DNA of 64,000 nucleotides from Scyliorhinus canicula (lineage: Eukaryota). Both the position numbers and the translations under genes were made by a program. The notes under the pieces were generated by a model, which had not been told where the DNA came from, did not search any database, and saw only the letters and a list, made by a program, of their open reading frames with translations. Location of the stretch: contig NC_052153.1 of the NCBI RefSeq assembly GCF_902713615.1, forward strand, positions 94,242,301 through 94,306,300, written 5' to 3'. This document shows positions 47,781 through 57,831 of this stretch, one piece after another; the first letter of the stretch is position 1; each line of letters opens with the position of its first letter.

Positions 47781-48084
47781 ATTAAAACATTTTTTTTGTA
47801 TTTTTAAAAATTAATTTAGAATGCACAGTGGTTAGCATTGCTGCCTCACGGTGCCGAGGTCCCAGTTTGATCCTGGCTCTGGGTCACTGGCCGTGTGGAG
47901 TTTGGACATTTTCCCCGTGTTTGCATGGGTTTTGCCCCCACAAGCCAAATATGCGCAGGCTAGGTGGATTGGCCACACTAAATTGCCACCTTAATTGGAA
48001 AAATATGAATTGGGTACTCTAAATTTATTTTTTTTAAACTTAAAGTACCCAATTAATTTTTTACAATTAAGGGGCAATTTACAT

Positions 48085-49385
48085 TCCCGCCATCCCAGAA
48101 ATCAGCCTGGTAAAACTTTGTTACACTCACTCCATAGCAAGAACATCCTTCCTCAGAAAAGGACAACACTCTAGGTGTGGCCTCACCAATACCCTTTACA
48201 ATTGCAGTAAAACATCCATATTCCTATATTCAAATCCTCTCCCAATGAAGGCCAACATACTTCTTTACTGCCTGCTCTACCTGCGTGTTTACTTTCAGTG
48301 ACTGATGCACAAGGATACCAAGGTCTTGCTGAGTATCCACCTCTCTCAATTTACACCCATTCAAATAATAATCAGCTTTCCTATTTTTGCTACTGAAGCG
48401 GTTAACCTCACAGTTATCCACATGATATTGCATCTGCCATGCATATACTCACTCACGCAGCCTGTCCAAATCCCACTGAAGCATCTCTGCATCCTCCTCA
48501 CAGCTCACCCTCCAACCCAACTTTGTATCTTCTGAAAATTTGGGGATGATACATTTAGTTCCCTCGTCCAAATCCTTAATATATAATATGAACAGTTGCG
48601 GTCCTAGCACTGCAGTACCCCACTAGTCACTGCCTGCCGATCGGGAAAAGACCTATTTATTCCAAGCTTTTGCTTCCTGTTTGCTAATCCGCTTTCTATC
48701 TATCGCAAGACACTACCCGCAATCCCATGCGCTTCAACTTTACATCGCAATCTGTTTTGTGAGACCTTGTTGAAAGCCTCCTGAAAGTCTAAATAAACCA
48801 CATCCACCGGTTCTCCCTGGTCAACTCTACTAGTTATATCTTCAAAGAATTCTGCAGTAGTAGATTTGTCAAGTATGATTTCCCTTTTGTAAATCCATGC
48901 TGACTTTGTCTGATTACACCACTGCTTTCCAAATGCTGTGCTATGAAATCTTTGATAACAGACTTGAGCAACTTCCCTACTACTGACGTTAGGCTCACTG
49001 ATCTATAGTTCTCTGTTTTCTTTCTACCTCCCTTCTTGAATAGCGGGGTTATATTAGCTACCCTCCCTCTACCTCCCTTTTTGAATAACGGGGTTATATT
49101 AGCTACCCTCCCTCTACCTCCCTTTTTGAATAGCGGGGTTATATTAGCTACCCTCCCTCTACCTCCCTTTTTGAATAACGGGGTTATATTAGCTACCCTC
49201 CAATCTGTAGGTACCATTCCAGAAACCAAAGAATTTTGGAAAATGACCACCAATGCATCTACTATTTCTCGGGCCACTTCTGGGATGAAGATCATCAGGC
49301 TCTGGACATTTATCCTTCAATCCCATTAATTTCCCCCAAACCATTTCTCTCCTAATACTAATCTCCCTCAGCTCCTCACTCAAAA
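48085..49385 (-). mobile_element. CR1 RT fragment containing a 45-bp tandem quadruplication
   Basis: DWRVANITPLFKKGGR, NYRSVSLTS and QHGFTKGKS motifs; the repeat lies at 49023-49201. Confidence 0.88.
49023..49201. repeat. 45-bp x4 tandem repeat (RVANITPLFKKGGRG)
   Basis: Four copies with alternating gaatagcggg / gaataacggg variants. Confidence 0.93.
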
Positions 49386-49389
49386 GTTG

Positions 49390-51840
49390 TGTTGCTCAGA
49401 GGCGAAGACGATGGGACGTTTGGGTCCGTCATCCATGGTGTGGGCCAGTACGACCCCAATGCTGGACGGAGAAGCGTTGCAGGTCAACAGGAATGGTCAG
49501 GATGGGTGAAGTGGATTAGCAGTCTTGATGAGGAGAATTGTTATTTTACCTTGACGAAAGTCGCCTGCTGCTCTCGGGGCCCACTCCCAATATTGCCCCT
49601 TCTTTAACAGACGGTGGAGGAGGCCTAAACCTGTGGCTAGGTTTGGGAGGAACTTGCCATAGTAATGGATCGGAGTTCTGTTGGGCCACCTGGTATCGGA
49701 GCCTGCCGAATTGCCTGTACCTTTTCTTCCACCGGGTGCAAGCCATGGTGGTCTATGTCGTCAACGAGGTACGTTACTTAGGCGGCTTTGAAGACATATT
49801 TCCCGTTGGAGGCGGACGCCGGCTTTCTCAAAGCACCTTGACATCGCCAGGTTTTGTAGGTGCTCTTGGTCGGAAGAGCCTGTGATCAGGACGTAGTTTA
49901 GATAAACTGCCACGCGGGGTAGGCCTCACAGGATATTCTCCATTACGTGCACACACGGAGGAATCCCTAAAGGGCAGGTGGGTATATTCATACAGCCCTC
50001 CGTGTATGTTCACAGTTAAGAAGCATCTGGACTTGGGGGCAAAAACTAACTGGAGGTAAGCGTGACTCATGTCAAGTTTTATAAACGTGTGACCTCCGCT
50101 GAGCTTCAGGTAAGACCCTCAATCCTAGGGACCGGATAACAGTTCAGTCGAGACACACAGTGGACCGACATCTTATAGTCGCCACACAAACGTACTGATC
50201 CATCCGGTTTCATGACCGGGATGACCAATTTAGAGTACCCAATTCTTTTTTCCAATTAAGAGGCAATTTAGCATTGCCAATCCACCTACCCCGCACATCT
50301 TTGTGCTGTGGGGGCGAGACCCATGCACACATGGGGAGAATGTGCAAACTCCACACAGACCGTGTCCCGGGGCTGGGAACAAACCCGAATCTCGGCACCC
50401 TGGGGCAACAGTGCTTACCACTACGCCCATGATTCTTGACCAGAATCTGGAATATGGAAAGGTTGTCATGCCCGCTATTGTCAGTCATTCCCCGTAAGGT
50501 GGCTAGCGTTGCATTGGTGCCCGATGGGATCAGCGATAGAAGGTCAGAGCAGATGCGGTCGAACGTGTGGGGACTGGCTACTGACCCTGCTTCCCAGTGT
50601 CGAGTTCCATGCAGATTGGGTGTCCATTAATTTGCAGGGAGATCCAGTTGGGCGCCACTTTTAGTGCGGCTATGCAATGTAATTGCTTGTAGGTGCTGAC
50701 GTCGTCTTCCACATAGTATGCCTTGTCACATGGGGGCAGTCGCGCCTCGCGGCTCGGCAGGCGGCCAGATCCTCCCGTGGCTTCCTGTTTCCCTGGTTTC
50801 TGCGGTCTGTATCGCCCCTAGCTGGCTGGTGGTCATATTCCAGTTCCTCCTAGTTGAGGGCGAACGTCCCGCGGTGTTCCCAGCCTCTATTACGGTGGCT
50901 CGTGTTCCTCCAGTAGGTGTCCCATCGCGGAGGGGAGGGGGGGGGGTTCCTGTTCTAGCCGAGTGTGATTGGCGCTAGCTTTGGCGACCCAGACTGAGCA
51001 CTGCCAGTCCCTGGAGTTCCTGGATCCCTTGTTCTGTGCTTTCTCTGGAAATGGCCATCTCCACCGTGCATTGCAGGTCCAGGCTAGCCTCAGCTAGTTA
51101 TTTCCGTTGAATGGCCACACAGAGGAGTCCACACAGCAAGCAATCTCAAAATGTCTCATTCACTGTCATTCCGAACTCGCAAGTCTTCGGAGACTGGCCA
51201 CAAAGTCACTCATCGATTCAGCCTGGGCCTGAGCAGCGTATGGAACCAGAAATGGCACACGATGAGCAGGGTTTAGGATTGAAATGCTCCCCCAGTAAGA
51301 CCGCCAGGGCAGTGAATGACTGGATATCTGGTGAGTCAGGCTCTTTATCACACTGTAGTTGGGCCTCCTGCAAGCGGTTAGTAACATCAAATTTGTCTCC
51401 CATCGCTGGTAGTTGCACTTATTAAAAAAGAAAGTTCATGTGTTCCACATATTGCCCCCAAGTTCCAGCTTTCCTATGTGCGGCATTTTGGCAGTTAGTA
51501 GTAGGGTCTCCTGAAGCCTAGACTAGGTGGACTGGCCTCGTAGCAACCGGTGTCGATGGCAGCTCCACTGAATCCTCGTCACCAGTGTTGAATCCGTGAT
51601 AAGTAGAACACAGAGACGATAGTAGAAATAACGAATGAGGTTCATTTCAATACAATTCTAATACTCCTCCATTCCCCTGAGGGTCTCCTTCCCCAACCTG
51701 CACCTGGGCCGGAGGGTTTATACAATAGGGGCTCTCCTTGAGAGGGGAAGCCCCGCCCCCTTAAATAAGACGTTCATATTCCGGGGAGGTCATGGGAAAT
51801 CGTATTGTCTGATCTCTGGACCTCCATTGGGGTTAAAACA
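49390..51840 (-). mobile_element. Degenerate Gypsy element (Mag/K02A2.6-like), 5' LTR plus gag-pol remnant
   Basis: LTR 51840-51586 (TGTT...AACA) is followed by PBS TGGTGACGAGGAT (51584-51572), which resembles the tRNA-Ser(GCU) 3' end. Gag remnant LLLTAC...SFTALAVLLGEHFNPKP; RT remnant DMSHAYLQL..TVNIHGGLYEYTHLPF. Interrupted by a SINE at ~50226-50425. Confidence 0.75.
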
Positions 51841-53311
51841 GAATAATTTCACATTTCTCCATATTGAACTTCATCTGCCACTTTCCCACCCATTCCATCA
51901 ACTTATCTATGTCCTTTTGAAGTCCTACATGATGATCCTCAAAATTTACAATGACTCCAAGTTTCATATCATCCAGAAAGTTTAAAATTGTGCCCTGTAT
52001 ACCAAGGTCTCGGAGGTCATTAATATCAGGAAAATCCAGTTGGAAATCAGCATGGTTCCCTATCTGTATTCAGGGTGCCAGGGTAATTTACAACAAATAA
52101 AATTGGAAGGGTTCATCCGAACACAACTTTGGTTTAACATCTCATGTCAAGGATGATATTTCCAAAAGTACAAAATACCCACAGTGCTCCATTGAAATGT
52201 CAACTCCAGTCTTAATCTTAAATTCTGTATGGAGGAGGGGGTTGGATTAGTCGACGATCTTTTGACTCCCAAGATAAGAATGCTGTTAACTGAAACAAGC
52301 TCATACTCCGTGCTAGAAATAAGTTAAATAGACTGTTATAAAGATCACAAAAAAATCATTGTCCTGATGTATACAGTTTCACCTCCCCAATGTGTATCTG
52401 AAATTCCCCTAATATGTTTCCTGATGAAAGTTTGAGCTTTTTGAGAAATCTATTGATTCAGCTGAACAATCTTCCCAATGTTATCAATTCAGCTGTATGG
52501 AGAAACTCTGCATGGGTGCAGACTTCACTCTTAAAATCTACTGTTATTCAGGAGTTAACTAGCCAAAGTTCGTTTCATTGTTAATACAGTAGTAACTTTC
52601 CAGCAAAAATAGCCTTTGATGAGATGGGGTGTTACTGTTGCATCCTGATTAACAATTTGAGATTTGGAGGAGCTAGTTTGTGAAGAGTAGAGATAACCCC
52701 GGTAACTATAGACCAGTGAGCCTTACTTCTGTTGTGGGAAAAGTCTTGGAAAGGTTTATAAGAGATAGGATGTATAATCATCTGGAAAGGAATAATTTGA
52801 TTAGAGATAGTCAACATGGTTTTGTGAACGGTAGGTCGTGCCTCACAAACCTCATTGAGTTCTTCAAGAAGGTGACCAAACAGGTGGATGAGGGTAAAGC
52901 AGTTGATGTGGTGCATATGGATTTCAGTAAAGCGTTTGATAAGGTTCCCCACGGTATGCTATTGCAAAAAACCCAGAGGCATGGGATTCAGAGTGATTTA
53001 GCAGTTTGGATCAGAAATTGGCTAGCTGATAGAAGACAAAGGGTGGTGGTTGATGGGAAATGTTCTGACTGGTGTCCAGTTACTAGTGGTGTACCACAAG
53101 GATCTGTTTTGGGGCCGCTGTTGTTTGTCATTTTTATAAATGACCTGGAGGAGGGCGTAGAAGGATGTGTGAGTAAATTTGCAGATGACACAAGTCGGTG
53201 GAGTTGTGGACAGTACAGAAGGATGTTACAAGTTACAGAGGGACATAGATAAGCTTCAGAGCTGGGCTGACAGGTGGCAAAAGGAGTTTAATGCAGAAAA
53301 GTGTGAGGTGA

Positions 53312-53592
53312 TGTGGTGATATGAGTGGAAGCACTGTCATTGGTGCAGAGCATTGGTTCCCCATTGGCTCTGGCTGGTCATGTGCCTCTTGTCTGATTGG
53401 CTGGGACTAGTCATGTGACTGCTCACCAATTGGTCGAGAGGCAAGTAGACACCGCCTCCGAGGCGGGGTATAAGTACCCAGGTTTCCCGGGGGTCGGCCT
53501 TTCTCTGTAGTCGACCACCGGGCTAACAACTAGCTGAATAAAGCCACAGTTTGGATCTTCATCGTGTCTCGCGTCCAATTGATGGTACATCA
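53312..53592 (+). repeat. 5' LTR of the Gypsy element
   Basis: Direct repeat of 57551-57831 with 8 substitutions counted by eye. Contains several ATTGG/CCAAT boxes, TATAAG at 53469 and AATAAA at 53537. Confidence 0.95.
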
Positions 53593-54579
53593 ATTTAATC
53601 AGCTAGAATTTTGGAATGGAGCTACGCATCAAACCTGACTGCCTCCGCACCAGCCCGCATGCCTCAAATGCGCCTGCAATCTTTAAACATTGGCAGGCGT
53701 GTTTCAACAGTTACCTGACAACGGCAGCCAGCAAACCCACCAAGGAGCGGAAACTCCACATCCTCCACTCGTGCGTGGGCACGGCGGTATATTCAATGAT
53801 TGAGGACAAAAGCGATTATGATGCGGCCATGGATATCCTGAAAGGACACTTTCTCCGGCCGGTCAACGAAGTATACACATGGCATCTCCTGACGACTAGA
53901 CAGCAGTTCCCTGGTGAGTCACTCGACGTATTCTACCAGGCCCTCACAGCTCTAGGGAGAATGTGCGCCTGTCCCCACGTTTCGGCGACCGAGCACATGG
54001 AACTTTTAATTAGAGACGCTTATTTTGCCGGCATTCAATCCTCCTCTATCCGCCAACGATTGCTGGCGAAGAACACCCTCAGCCTAGCTGAGGCGCGGAC
54101 CCTTGCAACCTCCCTGGGGGTCGCTGACCTGAACGCTCGCGCATACGCCACCGCAGCAACCCCCTGGACATCGTGGCATGCGCCACCCCCGTCCTCCGCT
54201 GACCCCGACCCCCCCCCAGACCTGCGCTGCGGGACGCTCCGAGAAGCTATCGGGGCCCCGCTGCTATTTTTGTGGCTTCTCCAAGCACCCCCGCCCGCGC
54301 TGCCCGGCCCGCTCAGCTCTGTCTAAGAGCTGCGGGAAGAAGGGCCACTACGCGGTGGTCTGCCAGACCAAGTCGGACGTTGCTGTTCCGCACAGCGACC
54401 GCGGATCCCCCCCCCCCCCCCCCCGGGCCACCCCAGGGCCCCGCGCCGCGCACCGACCTCTCCAGCCCGCCTCCCGGCCCCCACAACAGGCCCACGTTCC
54501 TCCCGACCCGCGCTCCCAGCTGCTCCGACCGGCCCGCAGACGCCACTAACACTGCCCCCAGCTACCACGAGGTCCCCTT

Positions 54580-54724
54580 GGGCGCCGCCATCTTGGGCCC
54601 CGGACGCCACGTGCGGGTCATGGGTGCCACCATCTTGGGGCCCCGGCTCCACGTGCGGGTCCTGGGCGCCACCATCTTGGGACCCCGATTCCACGTGCGG
54701 GTCATGGTCGCCGCCATCTTGGGC
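54580..54724 (+). repeat. 42-bp tandem repeat (~3.5 copies) between gag and protease of the Gypsy element
   Basis: CCATCTTGGG recurs at 54588, 54630, 54672 and 54714. In the protease frame it encodes WxPPSWxPxxTCGS repeats. Confidence 0.9.
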
Positions 54725-57139
54725 CAACATGGAAGGCCCTGCCAGCGATTACTCTGCAACCGGGGATGACCTGGAACTCCCGCCACGACTTGCTTCCATC
54801 ACTCTCGACCAGTCGCGACCACGCTCGCTCGCCAAGACTACGACAACAATCCAGCTCAACGGACACAAGACAAAATGCCTACTGGACTCCGGGAGCACGG
54901 AAAGTTTCGTCCACCCTGACACGGTAAGACGCTGTGCGCTCCCTATCCACCCAGTTAAGCATAAAATCGAATTGGCCTTGGGTTCGCACTCCGTCCAAAT
55001 CACCGGGTGCTGCATAGCGGACCTCACGGTCCAGGGGAGGGTTTTCAAAAACTTCAAACTCCTCATTCTCCCCTGTCTATGTGCTCCAGCACTCTTGGGC
55101 CTGGATTTCCAGTGCAACCTCCAGAGCTTAACCTTCCAATTCGGCGGTCCTATTCCCCCCCCCTTACTGTCTGCAGCCTTGCGTCCCTCAAAGTGGACCC
55201 ACCTTCCTTGTTTGCTAATCTCACCCCAGATTGTAAACCTGTCGCCACTCGGAGCAGACGATACAGTGCCCAGGACTGGGCCTTCATCGGGTCCGAGATC
55301 CAGAGGCTCCTTAAGGAAGGAGTTATCGAGGCCAGCAACAGTCCCTGGCGAGCCCAAGTGCTGGTAGTACGGACTGGGGAGGAAAACCGGATGGTCATTG
55401 ATTACAGTCAGACCATCAACAGGTTTACGCAGCTGGACGCGTACCCTCTCCCCCGTATTTCTGACCTGGTTAACAGGATCGCGAAATGCAAAGTCTTTTC
55501 CACGGTGGACCTTAAATCTGCCTACCACCAGCTCCCCATCCGCGTGAGTGACCGCAAGTACACCGCGTTTGAGGCAGATGGGCGCCTCTACCACTTCCTC
55601 AGGGTTCCATTCGGTGTCACAAATGGGGTCTCGGTCTTCCAACGGGAGATGGACCGAATGGTCGACAAGCATGGGTTACGGGCTACCTTCCCGTACCTCG
55701 ATAACGTCACCATCTGCGGCCACGACCAGCAGGACCATGACACCAACCTTCAAAAATTCCTCTAGACCGCGAAACTCCTTAATCTAACCTACAATAAGGA
55801 TAAGTGCGTGTCTAGCCATCCTTGGCTACGTAGTGCGTAACGGAGTGATAGGCCCCGATCCCGAACACATGCGCCCCCTGATGGAACTCCCTCTCCCCAA
55901 CTCCCTCAAATCCCTCAAACGCTGCCTGGGCTTCTTCTCCTATTACGCCCAGTGGGTCCCCAACTACGCCGACAAAGCCCGCCCCCTCATCCAGTCCACC
56001 TCCTTTCCCCTGTCGATGGAGGCCCGCCAGGCCTTTAGCCGCAAAAAAGCGGATATCGCAAAGGCCACGATGCACGCTATCAACGAGTCCCTCCCATTCC
56101 AGGTCGAGAGCGGCGTGTCTGACGTAGCTCTGGCGGCCACCCTGAACCAAGCGGGCAGACCCGTGGCCTTCTTCTCATGAACCCTCCACGCTTCCGAAAT
56201 CCGCCACTCCTCGGTGGAAAAGGAGGTCTGCGCCAGCGCGCAGATTGACCGCCACTGCTCCCTCCACACGGACCTCTGCCATCCAGGTGTCACTTGTTTT
56301 TACCATTTTATTAAGACCCGCAACCTTCCCTACTCCGTTGAGGAAGTCAGGACCGTCACCAGGGACTGCCACGTCTGCGCCGAGTGCAAACCGCACTTCT
56401 ACCGCCCCGAACGAGCGCATTTGATCAAGGCATCCCGCCCCTTTGAATGTCTCAGTATAGACTTCAAGGGTCCCCTCCCCTCCAACAACCGTAACACATG
56501 TTTCCTGAGTGTTATCGACGAGTACTCCCGCTTCCCTTCCGCCATTCCCTGTCCCGACATGACCACAACAACCGTCATAAAGACACTCCAATCCATCTTC
56601 TCCCTGTTCCGTTAGCCCGCGTACATCCACAGCGACTGGGGGTCCTCCTTTATGAGTGATGAACTGCGTCAATTCCTGCTCAACAGGGGCATAGCCTCTA
56701 GCAGGACGACCAGTTATAACCCCCGGGGTAACGGTCAGGTCGAGCGGGAGAATGGCACCATTTGGAAGACCATCCTGCTGGCCCTACGGTCCAGAGATCT
56801 CCCTATTCTCCGTTGGCAAGAGGTCATCCCCGACGCCCTTCACTCAATCCGGTCTCTCCTCTGTACTACCACTAATCAAACACCTCATGAACGTCGTCTA
56901 GTTTTCCCTAGGAAGTCGTCCTCAGGATCTCCTCTCCCGACCTGGCTGGCCACTCCGGGGCCCATCTTGCTCCGGAAGCATGTGCGGGTGCACAAGTCCG
57001 ACCCGTTGGTTGAGCGAGTCCAGTTACTCCACGCCAACCCGCAGAATACGTACGTGGAGTATCCCGACGGTCGGCAGGATACGGTCTCGCTCCGGGACCT
57101 GGCACCCACCGGCGTGCGGCCCTCTCCTCTTCCATCAAC

Positions 57140-57175
<36 letters not shown>

Positions 57176-57550
57176 TCTCCCCACGACCCAGCGCATATAC
57201 TTCCCCGATTACAGCATCTCCACCACCGGCCCGGGGTACGGAGACACATCTACGACCGACGCTCCCGGAGGCAAGGGCGACCATCGGCCCGACGTCACCG
57301 GCTCCACTGCGACGGTCCACCAGAACATCACGGGCACCCGACAGGCTGATCGTGACCATCTGATGCAACGGCCATGGGACTTTATTGGACTGTATTGTAA
57401 TTTTTTTTTGTAGTATGTAGTATTGTTTATTTTTGCCACGAGCCAGTGGGCAGCCCATATCTTCGATTATTGCTACTCATATCACCAGTCCTCGGACCCC
57501 CCCCTTCCCCTCACACACCCTCCCTGCCTTCTTTCTCCACAAGGGGTGAA

Positions 57551-57831
57551 TGTGGTGATATGAGTGGGAGCACTGCCATTGGTGCAGAGCATTGGTTCCC
57601 CATTGGCTCTGGCTGGTCATGTGCCTCTCGTCTGATTGGCTGGGACTAGTCATGTGATTGCTCACCAATTGGTCGAGAGGCAAGTAGACACCGCCTCCGA
57701 GGCGGGGTATAAGTACCCAGGTTTCCCGGCGGTCGGCCTTTCTCTGTAGTCGACCACCGGGCTAACAACTAGCTGATTAAAGCCACAGTTTGGATCTTCA
57801 TTGTGTCTCGCGTCCAATTCATGGTACATCA
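57551..57831 (+). repeat. 3' LTR of the Gypsy element
   Basis: Direct repeat of 53312-53592, preceded by a purine tract and followed by the TSD GGTGA. Confidence 0.95.

Larger units (their letters stand above)
53312..57831 (+). mobile_element. Near-complete Ty3/Gypsy LTR retrotransposon (gag-PR-RT-RH-IN), decayed
   Basis: Two 281-bp LTRs (TGTGGTG...ACATCA) with a GGTGA target-site duplication at 53307-53311 and 57832-57836. PPT-like ACAAGGGGTGAA precedes the 3' LTR. Gag starts at 53616 with CCHC knuckles (CYFCGFSKHPRPRC; xKSCGKKGHYAVVC), followed by protease LLDSGSTESF, RT (SPWRAQV, RMVIDY, DLKSAYHQ, PFG, YLDN) and integrase (HPG..CxxC, DFKGP, YNPRGNGQVER). It carries frameshifts, stops and an RNaseH/IN deletion near 56227. 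Confidence 0.96.

Noticed and set aside
54749-55672. 307-aa antisense ORF in the Gypsy pol
   Set aside because: It is a shadow ORF of GC-rich coding sequence with no recognisable motifs.
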